The position numbers were made by a program, and so were the translations under genes. DNA of 63,226 bases, filler included, from Choristocarpus tenellus KU-1152 (lineage: Eukaryota > Protista > Phaeophyceae), in the NCBI GenBank assembly GCA_964200185.2. It is 10 parts of 10 records of this genome, joined end to end, with 100 filler letters (N's around TTAATTAATTAA, not from the genome) between each part and the next. Parts side by side here need not be neighbours in the genome. Positions count along the whole stretch, not along the records: positions 1 to 6,894 come from CAXNAD020007131.1; positions 6,995 to 11,342 come from CAXNAD020014988.1; positions 11,443 to 28,919 come from CAXNAD020000669.1; 7 more parts are not named here. One strand, 5' to 3'. The notes beneath the pieces were generated by a model. That model had not been told where the DNA came from and made no database searches. It saw nothing but the letters and a program-made list of their open reading frames with translations. Shown in pieces: positions 1 to 12,402 of the stretch (positions are counted from its first letter, which is position 1; each line of letters opens with the position of its first letter).

Positions 1-3000
1 AGAATCAAACTTTACACATGAATAAAAAGCATATTCTTAACAAGCATACTTTGGGGAATTGTTCGTGTTTTATGATATATACCATTGAGTGTTTTTTTTT
101 AATGTTATTTACTCCATACTCGCCGAATTATTTCACTTTAAAGCATGGAAGCGATTAGATTGGCATGTTGCAGTGAGCAGTGATTCAGAGGGCTGAAACG
201 TTCAACTGATTAATACATCTTACTACCAAGTCTCAAACCCACTGAAGACCTAATTTCAACAACCACCAGCAATCAGTAGGGCTCTGCTTTCTATCTGCTC
301 TGAAATGCGGTCTGAGTAAGTGGTAGCACATGATTTTTTTAGTTATTTTTTGTTCAATAAACTCTGTAAAACTGAATGCTTATCACTGCTTTTATCTGGT
401 TGGCCATTGCCTTACTTACCATACTTCGCTTTCTGCAAGGTAGGAAATGTCCTACCAATTCTTGGGGAGAGCAATTTGTGCTTGTCAATCATGTCTTGAC
501 TTGGATTGGGCTACAAAATGTTGAATTATTTGATTTGAATTATTCGATTTCAAGGGAAATGTCACAGGCAACAGGTACAAAGTGACCCTAACCCTTACCA
601 AACCCACAGGCATCACAACTAGTACACAGGAGCAGAGGGGCCTGTCGCCATGGACAACTTGAGTTGTCTCATTTCAGCAAGTATCATCATATGCATTGTC
701 TTGCATCTAATAAGAGGACATCTTGCTACCCATCATTGCACTACTTCAACAGTGTAGAAAACCACAAAGACAGACAGAGTAGGAGACCTGTTACTTGCTA
801 CAGTCCTACAGTTATAGTGCGACTGATGTAGCGATGTACTAAATAACAAATAACACCAGCAAGCCTTGACAATCACAGCATCAAACACAATCAAAGGTGG
901 AGAAGAGTCAAGCCCTTGTATAAAAATATAAGTGATTTGTGTGTGTATGTAGTTGGAACAATGGGACGGGGTTCGACCAAGCCAGGGAATACATCAATCA
1001 CTGCATATGTACAAATGGTTACAACTCTGTATACACATAGGTAAACCCTGTTGCAATTGGCATATTCTGGTCGTGAATGCAATTGAAAGCTCATTGACAG
1101 GCATGGAATGGGTCTACTGGTCTCTCTCCCTGCACTTGCCACAATGCAATATCCTACTCATATCAGTGTAAACAGCGGACTATTTATAAATGGTGCACCC
1201 AAGCAGTTCTGTATCCTACGTGTACAGTGGCATCACATGCGAGATATCTAATCTCTTCATAAAAAAAAGGAAAATGTGGAAGAGTTGATCGAATTGATTT
1301 ATGCTTGGTGTCATACAATCAAGTGATTTTTTTATTTATTTACGATCCACTGGGAAGCAGTAAAAAAATAAAACAAACGCAACAAAGCACTGGTTGAAAA
1401 AAATCCTTCAGTGCATCCCTCAACTCCTGCCATGTTTCTGGTCTGAGCGACATGAACACTTGACACTAATAAAATAGTGGATATAACCTGTTGTAGAGTA
1501 TTAAGCCACATTTGGTCCATAACAACCATGATCCAGGTTAATGTTCTGGGACCAGCAGAGAATGCCCGTTGTCCACATAATGCCTGAGCCCATTTACTGC
1601 ACGATATTGATGGTCTAGGACAAGGCCTTTGTCTGATGTCTGTTGCCAAGCAACACTCAGTGCCACTTGCTCTGTGACATACCAGTATCCAGTAACAGGT
1701 TCAACACATTTACCATGCAGCATCTGCCACCCAATATTATCATTATTATTACAGTATTTCACACATTGTTTAGATCAAACCTGTGGTTGGATATATATAT
1801 ATTTAAGAAGAGAAGCAATAAACAGAAGGTGACAGGAGAAAAATAATAATACAAAAAAGAAGAAAGTATGCCCCCCAACAGTCGCTGATTAAACAAATGG
1901 GTTGTCCATTGATTTTCCGTCCATTGAACGCTGGTCAGCGCCAATTGCTTCAACTTCAACTTCAACTGTATCTCTGCGGTGTTCATATCTTGGGCGATGC
2001 TTGAGGCCCTTTAACTGTACAGCACAAATCAAGTCCGTTGTTCGAAAGATTTTTGTTGCTTGTAACTGAAATGTTACCTGTGTTACACGAGCATTATCCT
2101 ATCCTGGGCATGAAATGTTATACCGTCCTCCTTGACAACATATCCCATACATGGATCACACTGATGACACACGGATTCCTAGGGGGTGGGGAGGGGGGTA
2201 TGGGAATTTCGAATCCCGATGACAGCCTCCTCCCTCACCCGTAACAGTACACCCGTACATGCCAACGATGGTGACACATTTGTCCTCCTCTACAGGCAGC
2301 ACTATGTCATTCTCTAATCTTTGGGAGTACTAGCTCCAAAAACGCAGGACAACAGAGTACCTGCACAACAATACATGCACTAATGATGTCCACAGTAATC
2401 TAAATATGTATTCATGCCATCTTCTAAGATTATGTCAGCTATTATGAGATTCTCTTTGAGAGATCTAGACATACCCAATAAAACCTCAACCACGGTCAAA
2501 GATATCAGGTCCCTGCATGTGACACCCAATTCTGCTCTCCTCACAAACTTTGACTTCGTCTGCATGCTCCCAACTCTAATTCTTCCCTGCTCTGCTCACC
2601 GATATACCAGAAAGCTGTGATGCCAATGTTGAAAAAAGAGAAGAGATGGGGTATCGGCATTTATCTGAAAGATGGAACAGATAGACGAAACCATTCTTTT
2701 CAGCTCTCCATTTGGCAGAGCAGTTGTAGCATGAAGTATCCATCCTGTTCAAGTAAGGTCCACCTGCTCACGTGTGTACCCCTACAGCAGCAGGTTTGTC
2801 CACAATACACCAATGCACCACACTCAGGGGGAGGGAAGGTGAGGGAACATACGTATTCTTGTACCTTCCTCATGAGTAGGGACTCCACACGTGGACATGT
2901 GGGAGAAGTACACACACAAACACACACAACACAATCTGCCCCTTCCAGGCCTGTTGTTTCCTACATTATAGGACTATTGTGAGGTATAAACTTTAAATTT

Positions 3001-3018
3001 GCCCTGTCTGCTAGCCAA

Positions 3019-4276
3019 TCACATCTTCCTGGGTTCAGGCATTGCCGGATCAACCTCTGGTGCAGTCCCAAGCAAGGACTTCACCCAAATTGCAGCAATG
3101 GATAACATGCCGTAGGACAAGCCAACCACCACCCCCACATCTACGATAGATCGCCATGGGTAAGGGAGGCGTTTGACCACCTGTACCAGACTAAACACAC
3201 TAGTCGTCACAGCCCAGCTCACAATCCGTCTCTTGCGGGACGCATGGAAGAGGCCCATGCTGTAAGGACCGGCCAGAAGGAGCTTCACAGGGCCTGGAGA
3301 GGGAGAGCGGTCAAGGGTCAACGCCCGCTTCACCACCAGAGGTGAGAATTTTTTTTGGAAGCCCTTGAAACCTTCAGCATACGCCATGAAGACGGCAAAC
3401 GACGCGTAGATCGCCCATTGGGTGCCAGTGAGGCCACCCTGGTTGGGTTTGGTTCGGGTGGAAGCGAGGCTAAGGATTAGAAAGGCTACCTCCCAACCTT
3501 GGCAAAAGACGTGGGGAGACAAGGTTGATGACAGTAAAGTGGAATCGAGTGGGGAAGATTGATTCTGTTTCGACAACAGATGTACGGTCCTTTTCCTATC
3601 AATTCAAATGAGCACAATGCTAAGTGCGGATATGATCCTACTATCACTTAAGCTGGCAAGGATTCAAAACTGAACGAGCCAGAGACGAGGGGGAGTATTA
3701 GAAACCACAAGACACTATCTCATCTGATGCAAAGTTGAGAGGCATGTCAACACATTTTCCAGAAAGACTGACCTTCACGAAAGGCTGCATTGCAATTGGA
3801 GCGAGACGTTTGACGGCATTGAGCAGAATAGCAATAACAGAAAGTACCCCCCAAGTGCTTGCCAGCCCAAATCCCGCCTGGGCCGTTGGGGGGGTGACAC
3901 TGCCGCCCAAGACGGCAAGACCCTTGCTGATACGGAGCACCCTTTCTCCGAACACTGGTGACCTTGTACGGATGGAAGAAGTGCCACCGAGATGATGAGT
4001 GGGATGTACGCCTGTGAGCATGTTGTCCATTGCGAGAGGTCAGGCAGAGAGACATGCGGACAATATGCAAACCTCGAAGGTTATCGCCCAAAGGACACAG
4101 TCATACGCAGACTACTAAAAGAATATACCGCACTCACAGTAGGAATCAGAATGGACGATTGTAGCTGGGATGGGGACAAAGGCCGCTGTTCGGGAGCCCG
4201 ATGTCGGCGCGGACAACGCTCCAGCCATCCCAAGGAACACCACCACACAAGACTGAGTCAAACCTCCAACGTACAT
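3019..4276 (-). CDS. Complete 3-exon gene (4276-4138, 4011-3773, 3438-3019), 265 aa multi-pass membrane protein of unknown function, possibly plastid-targeted
   Basis: ATG at 4276. Donor GTGAGT and acceptor CTCACAG join in phase 1 (T|GC = Cys); donor GTCAGT and acceptor AACCAG join in phase 0; stop TGA at 3019. Total 798 nt. Hydrophobic N-terminus followed by TAAFVP. Core WGVLSVIAILLNAVKRLAP...MAYAEGFKGFQKKFSP...YSMGLFHA...PWRSIVDVGVVVGL with several hydrophobic segments. Confidence 0.85.
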
Positions 4277-4659
4277 AACCAAGTTCGTGCCACAAAGAAA
4301 GATTGAAGAATTCGGCAAGTTCGGCAACTACCTACAGTATACAACCAGGAGAAGGTCTGAAGCAAATTGCTTGTTACACACAATAAATCAGTGCCAGTGT
4401 TTGCAAAGAAGGCGCGGACACTGCACTCCACAAGGGTTGTTCCTTAAACTTTCTGTTTGATCAACTTCCCATTTCCCACCTCAAACGCCTTCAAAATATA
4501 CTCCGCGAACCTGCGCGCAGACTATAGTAAAAATAGGGTAAATTTACCGGTAACGTACATTGGAAATTATTCTATATCACAAGAGAAAGATGATGACGTT
4601 ATCTAACCTTGCTTTGAAATTAATTTTGTATTAATCAATAAAATAGTCTCATCTTAGCG

Positions 4660-4930
4660 TTTCATCCACTCTCCTCCTCCTCACCGAACATAACACCTCT
4701 TATTCCTTCCCTCCACAAACTATCCTTGTTACCCCATAACAAACTGCGCAACCAATAATTCCGCATACCCAATGACTAATCAGTGCGACCAATCTTTGCC
4801 ACTGGTTTCCACTCACCAACCAACGAGACCAATTAACACGTATCCAACGACCAACCAATGTGACCAATCTTCGTCACTGGTTCCAGTCACCAACAAACAG
4901 GGCCAATTTCCACGGATCCACCACACTTTC
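4660..4930. repeat. Dispersed repeat built from degenerate ACCAAT / CACTGGTT subunits; related copy at about 36820-37200
   Basis: Recurring motifs such as CAACGACCAA(C/T)CAATG(C/T)GACC and CCACTGGTTT occur at both loci. Confidence 0.6.
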
Positions 4931-5182
4931 CTGCACAACATTCTCCACCACACGATTCTCCACCACCACACCACACCACTCCTTCCCAAAGACAGTTGCA
5001 GTTCATCACTGTTCATTTTATGTTATACCCTTACGACATTTTGTAGATGTGTCGGGCGAAAAGCCAATTCAACATTTTAAGAACCCCTGTAGAAGCAACA
5101 GTTGCTGTAACTGTGAAAGACGTATCTATAAAACTATTTACTATTTGACTACCAGTTATACTACACTCCCTTGCTGCTATGC

Positions 5183-5445
5183 GAGTGAAAGTATCTCAGA
5201 GGGTACGAATTTTGCCCTGTTTGTCCATTTGGGACTTGGCTTCCCATGGAGTATTTTTATGACATTTTCCTACTCCAAAATGTTTCGGGGTAAGTACAAT
5301 ATATACGTCATGAAAAGGTGTGTTCGGAACAAGGATATTGACAGCTCCTAACAAACAGGATAGCCAAAATTACATCAAAATCGCAACATTGGATTTTAAC
5401 CCCTAAAAAAAGGACGCGGCTCTACCCTCTAAGATAATTTTACTC
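5183..5445 (+). mobile_element. MITE family 1 copy
   Basis: TIRs GAGTGAAAGTATCTCAGAGGGTA ... TACCCTCTAAGATAATTTTACTC; internal sequence shared with the other family 1 copies in the window. Confidence 0.85.
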
Positions 5446-5879
5446 TGAAGTGGTTCTACCTGCAATTTTTTGGGAAAATGGCACAGCTTGTCATCATGCG
5501 ATCTAAGGTGTGATAACGAACCCTGTCACAGTAAACTAATATGATTTGCTTTAATTTAGTCAGGTATCTCTCCCGACCTGCAGTCAGAGGAACTACACAC
5601 TACTTTACTACTTTTCTCACTAACTATTTCTGTCATTTACTGCTGCACTCTACGACTAATTGTACTGCCTCCGTTTGTGCCTTGGTTCTTGTACCTTGGG
5701 TTCAGTCATTCCGCCCGTTGCCACTCCATCTCCTCCTTAAAATCTTGTGCTGGACCCACCACGGTGTCGCTCAGCAATGACAACTTGCCACCTCGTCCTC
5801 AGTCCAGCTTTTTTTGGTGGCATAGTGACAGATACGATAGTCGTAAGTAGTAGTAGTATAGGTGTACATACACTGCATA

Positions 5880-6624
5880 GTGCTTGCCACATGGACTTCG
5901 GAAAATTGGAACCAGGCTTCCATAAAAATTATGGCATTAGTGTGGAGTTCGTGTATGGAACAGCCCCATTGACTGCTGAGTTACGAGGGTGGTCATAGTT
6001 AGGTACCTACTCACAACCATTTGTTTTGGGGGTACCTATCATCAAGTGTCTAGAAGAAAGCGTGGGCAAAAAACGCAAACGGCACTGTATCCCACTCCAA
6101 AGAGAAAGGTCATTGTGTAATACAGTTGAAGGTAGGATTGTCGTCACGCCCAATATTGCATGTCAGCAAACAGGGCGGGATTTTCACTTGTTGCCCATCA
6201 TACTCACGCTTACCCACACTCATCATTTAGGGGTACTTTCCTTTCCTTGTACCTGGTGCCACAAAAACAGGTCACACGAGTAACCTCAGTAACATTTGGC
6301 TTGGTTTGCTCTCAGTACCCTCCGTGACTGATGATGATGCTTTGTCATTCATCTCACATTGATTGCTACTCTGCTTGTACTCATTGTTCCCAATGCAATG
6401 AGCCCCTCTTGACATGCCATAAGAAGGTTTCGCAGGCAATCATTCTAGTGAAACCTTCCTGCCACTCAAAATAGAAAACGTGAGGGTGACATTCAAAGTC
6501 CATGTCGTTCATGGGGGTAGTAACGACTACCCATCACCAGACCTTATGATGGCACGGAAAACGTTAAAGGGAGGTGTAGAGTCCACACTCTAATCAACAG
6601 AAGTAGGGGAATCGAGGTGGGAGT
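5880..6624 (+). pseudogene. Degenerate Gypsy integrase C-terminus/chromodomain region ending in a purine-rich tract
   Basis: FGKLEPGFHKNYGISVEF resembles the GPY/F region (KLxPxF/WxGPY); NTVEGRIV resembles a chromodomain start; purine-rich AAGTAGGGGAATCGAGGTGGGAG lies just before TGTTAA. Confidence 0.45.
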
Positions 6625-6894
6625 TGTTAAAGTATCTCCCAAATCATCAAAGAGGATAAAGGTGATAAACCCAGCGAGATTACTTGGTGTCTGTAGAGTG
6701 ATTGAATAAAGTTAAGTGGGGCATGCAGCACCCCATAAAATCAGAAATATTTCCTTTTATATAAGAATTTTCCTCATTCAACTAATCACTAGTAAAAGGT
6801 TCTGATAACTCAACCACTAATTGATTGTTCCTTTACTCCATACATATGTTACTGTAACTGTGCGATAGAGTTGGAAGAATCTAATCGAACACCC
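6625..6894 (+). mobile_element. Start of an LTR (family C), probably a 3' LTR; truncated by the contig end
   Basis: Begins TGTTAA directly after a PPT-like tract; an inverted homolog at 11443-11592 ends at the same TGTTAA boundary. Confidence 0.6.
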
Positions 6895-6994
6895 NNNNNN
6901 NNNNNNNNNNNNNNNNNNNNNNNNNNNNNNNNNNNNNNTTAATTAATTAANNNNNNNNNNNNNNNNNNNNNNNNNNNNNNNNNNNNNNNNNNNN
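6895..6994. other. Artificial contig linker
   Basis: 44 N + TTAATTAATTAA (stops in all six frames) + 44 N. Confidence 0.98.
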
Positions 6995-7718
6995 TTTTCC
7001 TTTTTCCCTCCCCCCTTTCCCCCCTTTCCTTCCCCCCCCCCCCCTTCCCCCACCCAGCTTCACTCTCCAGTCTACAGTGTCCTTACCCTAAGCTCAAACC
7101 CTGACATGAGGCATTGTATGCTCCTAAGATAGCTCCAAGGTTAACCTTGAGTCCATAGGTACATGTGTACCTGTACCCTCAACCATAGTGCAAAATCTGT
7201 TGCTATCATTTTAGACATTGCCCTAGATGCAAATCTCAATTGGGTCACAGTAAGGAGGGTCAGGGTTAGGGTTATATCTCCCCGTTGCAACAGTGGGAGA
7301 TCCCTATCCCAGTCCCTGCCAAATAATTTTATTTTTTTGTGGTTTGCCTTTGACTGATTGACTGTGAAGGCAAACCATCAACATGTGTACTCCACACTTA
7401 GTACTTGCTACTAGGTAGCAAGTATGGTTTTGTATGTTGCTTGCTGTGTTGAAGGCGTGTATTTTATGTGCTCTTTGTACTTTTATTTACTTAGTACTTG
7501 GTAACATGTCACCATCAGGAGTATCAGCAAAGTCCATTGATGTCCCCTGCTTGCTGGCTCTACAAAGGGTAGAATTTTGTAGTGTCTCCAGAGTTGTGGC
7601 ATTATCATAACATCCCTCTGCACTCAATCAATATTCTTCCCACTTGTGAAAAAAGAAGAAAAGGCGACTGCAATCGCAAGGCCTTAGGAAGAAAAAAAGG
7701 TCTTATTTTGCTACTTTT

Positions 7719-7744
7719 ACCCTTACCCTAACCCTAACCCTAAC
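7719..7744 (-). repeat. Interstitial telomere-type (TTAGGG)n tract
   Basis: ACCCTTACCCTAACCCTAACCCTAAC. Confidence 0.8.
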
Positions 7745-7838
7745 TCCTTTTCTGTCTCTTCCTTTTTCTTTTTTTCTCCTTTTTTTTGTTTTATATGACA
7801 TGGCATGACATGGCATGACATGATTGATGCCAATGCAG

Positions 7839-10800
7839 CCAAGTCTTGCATGCACCAGAGTACTCAAAGCGATCTCGAGCCGCTGTGTTGTCAATCGATG
7901 CTGATCAGATCCCTGAGGGAGTCTCTCCTCTCATTGTGTTTGTTAATGGTCGGAGTGGAGGAAAGCAAGGCGCCTCACTCCTCAGTCACTTCAGGCACCT
8001 TCTCAACCCCCTTCAGGTTTGCTCTATGGCTTGTTAGTGGATATCTGCTCATCTGCTCGCTGACACAATTGTTATGTGAAATATTATTCATTCTCACTAA
8101 TGCTATCAATATTGTTCTTCTCCATTCTGAGTGAGTGGTAGGTAGTCCTAACCCCAACCCCAAACTTGACAACTTTCTAACCCATACTAATAATACTAGT
8201 CTATTTTTCATTTAGGGGGGGAGCAAAGACTGCCCAAAAAGATGTGCAGGCTGCTAAATTTGTCTAAGAATCAGATATTGATGCTGACTAACCCTATCCC
8301 TAGGCTCTAGCCCTAACCATGACTAAGTATGGGGGGTCTTGTATGATGGTTTTGAGGTTATTCACTGAGAGTACCCAAGTTAAGTACATGATGCTCTCAC
8401 CAGGTTATTTCAAATTCATACCTTGTTGTCAACTCTACTGGAACCCTTTGGTATATGCATCCCTGATTTGATTGCCATACTACTATTCTATTCTACTTCT
8501 TTCACTGCTTTTTCTTTCGGGCACATATTTATTTTTATTGCTTATTCCGGAATAATTTAGATTTTACTTTTTTTTGTGATGATTTTAATGATTACAATAG
8601 GTTGTCGACCTGGGTGAGGAGGGTCCTGTTGATGCACTGGGTCGTTTCCGGAACATTCCCAACTTGAGGCTACTCTGCTGTGGAGGGGATGGAACTGTAG
8701 CTTGGCTGCTGGAGGTGCATTGCTCCAGAGTACATCTTTTAGGTCTAGTTGAAATTGTGATACAACTGCAGTATTGAGGTGGACAGTCTTGAGTATGTCT
8801 TGTTAGCAGTGTACTATGGTGCCAATTGGGTCCCATGCTGTACCTTGTTATTGATTCATGTCCTTATTGTATGCTCTTGGCTTGTACTGTAGGTACTATT
8901 ACAGTATTATGATGTACCCTAACTTTAACCAAGCCCCAAACTTAACTCTTCAACCTAACCCAAATGACTCGTAGGGCAGGACCTCCAAAGTTTCGTTTAC
9001 ACCCACCTAGATCACTTGAAAGTGTATTGGACCCATATACCTAGACTTCAAATTGCTACTATTAAATTGTTATTTTGCACTTGCCTGTTATTTTTTGTAA
9101 ATAAGATTAGGATGCCTTGATCCGTTTTCCCTCCCTAACCCTAGCCCTTATTTTATCGAATGTCTACTTCGTAGTGGACATGATCTTGCTGACACTTTTT
9201 TTTTGTGTGAAATGTTGGTGTTTGATCATGGAAGGTGTAGTTTTGATTGTTGATTGTTCCTTATAGATTATTGATTTTTCGTTGCTGATAACTGATTGGT
9301 GAATAGTAATTTGTGAGTCGTTATGATTGGTTGCTCATCATCCTTTCCATTCGCTCCCCGCCGCTCTACTTACTTTTTTACTGCTGACTATTCATTTTGT
9401 GCCATTTCCTATTACTGATCAGGCGGTAGAGCAGGTGGAATGGCGGACAAAGCGCCCGCCCTTGGCTGTGCTTCCCCTTGGGACAGGCAATGACCTGGCG
9501 CGTGTGCTTGGGTGGGGGGGGGGATATGAGGGGGAATCACTAGAGTCTCTTCTGGACACAATTGATAGTGCACAGGTTGGACCATGACTACAAATTGTAA
9601 TAATGCTTTGATGTAATATTGTAATGAAGTCTACAATTTTAGGGATGAGATTGCACCTCCTACAAAAGCTAAGCTGCACATGCTGTAACAGCTGGGAAGG
9701 GTTTTGTTTGTCTTTTTTATTAGCAGATGTTATAATCCTTGGTCAGTAACCTCTGCCATTAGTTTGATTGAGTGCATTGACTTTTGGGAAGTGATGTCTT
9801 GAAGCAATACACAGGGACAGCTCGAAAAAATGAGGAGCTGGTTATCCTGAAGGATCTCACCTTTTATTGGGTTCATTTTTCATTGCTGTGGGTGTGTAAG
9901 GTAACTTAACTTTCATACCCACTGTAATGTGAATGCAATCAAGGTTACTCTGATGGATAGATGGTCAGTCAGTGTAAACGCTACAGGCAAGGGTATGAAG
10001 GGAATGGGTAAGGGCAGCAGCGGAGGAGGAGGAGGAGGAGGGCGGAAAGACAGACAATTGATCATGAACAACTACCTTGGCATTGGAGTGGACGGACAGG
10101 TTGCCCTCGACTTCCACCAGGTTAGCCTATTCTAAGTTTTGCTCTTTTTTGTTTTTTTCATCTGTGGTTAGGGTTAGGGTTAGGGTCAACATGGACCTAA
10201 CCTTGACGATCGTGATAAACTACTCTATTTATAGTGTTTGGGTTAGGGTTAGCTATGACTAGGTTTGGGTTTGGGTTTGTCTGGGGTGAGGGGATATTGG
10301 AGGGAGAGGGGGTGTGATAGGAGGGTTGTTGAATCACCATCCTGTAATGGGTTTAATAACTCCTTCTGCTTATGTCACTGGTGTTGGCACTGTTGTGAGT
10401 TGAATCTTGGGTTTTGGGGGTGGTTGCATGCATTCCCTTCCATTGCTGATATTTGTTGTTGGTGTTCATATAATATGGAATAATTCAAGAATACTTGGGA
10501 GTGTCATTAATGTACACCCACCACCATGAGAGCCTACAGGTATTTTGTTGTGTGGTGTATACATTGGTGCATGTTTGCTCCTTTTTGTTAATGGTAGGAT
10601 GAAGTTAAAAGTTTGGGTTACTTCCAAATACATTGGTACAATCCAAGGGAGAGTGATTGCATACGCCTTCCCATGAATTAATTGGTTTAGGAGAGATGTG
10701 AATATTTTTTATTTCTTGAGTTGGCGTTGACTGTCAATGAGTAAGTACTTGTGACCAGTGTTAATTGATCACTTTAGGATAAGGGGGAAATGTATGCAGA

Positions 10801-11076
10801 GGGAAGACACTGTGGTAGCTAATACACATGACACTTTGAGGTGCCTATTGCTCTACCTTCAAAATGCATGCAATATAGTACACACCAGTGGGTATTTCGA
10901 GAGCAGGTGGGACCTAGTTGATTTGTTGTGGGTTCAATTCTGTCTCTTGTACCACCAGATTTAGAACTGAAAACCGTATTCCCATCCACCCCTCCCCCTT
11001 CCCCACACAAATGCTGCTTACTGTTCAGATGAGAGAAGCAAGACCACTCCTCTTCTTCAACAGAGCCATAAACAAG
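7839..11076 (+). CDS. DGK: Diacylglycerol kinase, partial; five internal exons 7839-8016, 8601-8714, 9423-9575, 9944-10120, 11029-11076
   Basis: All AG/GT bounded with phase-0 junctions. [15 protein letters not shown]...LLNPLQ|VVDL...[12 protein letters not shown]|...[24 protein letters not shown]|...MDRWSV...[19 protein letters not shown]|[16 protein letters not shown] matches the DAGK catalytic and accessory domain motifs. Confidence 0.95.
10166..10270 (+). repeat. Interstitial (TTAGGG)n tracts in a DGK intron
   Basis: GGTTAGGGTTAGGGTTAGGGT and GGGTTAGGGTTAG plus degenerate units. Confidence 0.75.
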
Positions 11077-11136
11077 GTGCTAGTACATAGCGTGTGATTT
11101 GTAGCTGACAAGAGGTCAGCTTGTCTATCATAAACC

Positions 11137-11163
11137 TTAGGGTTAGGGTTAGGGTTAGAGTTA
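11137..11163 (+). repeat. Interstitial (TTAGGG)n tract
   Basis: TTAGGGTTAGGGTTAGGGTTAGAGTTA. Confidence 0.8.
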
Positions 11164-11253
11164 TACCGAAAATATTTGGATTGTCTTCATGCGTTCATGT
11201 GTAAGGCACAGGATACAAGTACAGGCTAGGGGCAAGACCTGAATGTTTTGTAG

Positions 11254-11286
<33 letters not shown>

Positions 11287-11342
11287 TTCCCCCCTCCACT
11301 TCCCCGGCAGCTCTTGTTCTTTTTCTTTCTTTCCTTTTTCTT

Positions 11343-11442
11343 NNNNNNNNNNNNNNNNNNNNNNNNNNNNNNNNNNNNNNNNNNNNTTAATTAATTAANN
11401 NNNNNNNNNNNNNNNNNNNNNNNNNNNNNNNNNNNNNNNNNN
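11343..11442. other. Artificial contig linker
   Basis: N44-TTAATTAATTAA-N44. Confidence 0.98.
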
Positions 11443-11592
11443 TGGGAAATTTCTCATATAAAAGGAAATATTTCTGATTTTTTGGGGACTTGCATGCCCC
11501 ACCTAATTTTATCAATCACTCTACAGACACCAAGCAATCTCGCCAGGTTTATCACCTTTACTCTATTTGATGATTTTGGGGATATTTTAACA
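11443..11592 (-). mobile_element. LTR family C fragment
   Basis: Reverse complement of about 6625-6776. Confidence 0.65.
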
Positions 11593-12402
11593 TCCTGACC
11601 GGTGATAAGCATATCATATTAAAGCTGAGATCAAATGCTGTTGATTGGGGCAAAGAAATCCAGTCACAAATTACCTTGTGTTGAGTTTTAGAAATGCCAA
11701 AAAGGTTCGGTTGAATTGCCAAAAAAATGAAAATCGCTGAAAACCATATCAAGATGTTTCTTGCGACCAGACTTCTTTGCGTCAATCGACTGCCTATAAT
11801 CCCAGCTTTAAGTTGATATGCTGATCACCGATTTACTCGCCTTACATCACCTCGAAATGAATCAAGATCAACCGATCTCGATGGTTCCATTCCTGCAAAC
11901 ACGTTCTGTGCGAGGCTTTCGGAGCTTAACCATCGCGCGGAAGTCACTACAATGCTGAGTGTCCACGCAGAACTCGCCACAATGGCTGTGAAATCCCCTC
12001 AGTCAAAGGACATGTGTTACAGGCGAATAGCGCGAGCATTTCTTCTCGTGTTCTAGCAAGCGCGAGCAGTATACAAGATTAATAGCACATAGCAGAATAA
12101 ATCCTGATTTCTTAGAAGATTCAGAGTAAGATTCGAAATGCGTATGTAACCTTACAGAAGAAACATCAATTCCTAAAAGTTGCAGAATAAAGGTTTACGA
12201 TTGGAGTATGTATACAGCAGTTTGCCGATGTCTTTTTACTTGTAGTCTGTAGAAACTGGGTGAGTGATGAAAATAAATAATACTTTGAGGGTCACCAAAG
12301 AACCTCTTACTCTCCACTCCTTTATCTCGATTGAAACGTTTAAGTGCAATACTAAACTCCATATAATATCTGGATGTGCTATCTCATTCGTCACATCTAT
12401 AT

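Noticed and set aside
600-2950. Possible transposase or gag relics
   Set aside because: Only faint Cys/His patterns; no motif could be supported
11253-11305. Long poly-C tracts at contig edges as functional G-quadruplex elements
   Set aside because: They coincide with assembly breakpoints, so their length and sequence are unreliable
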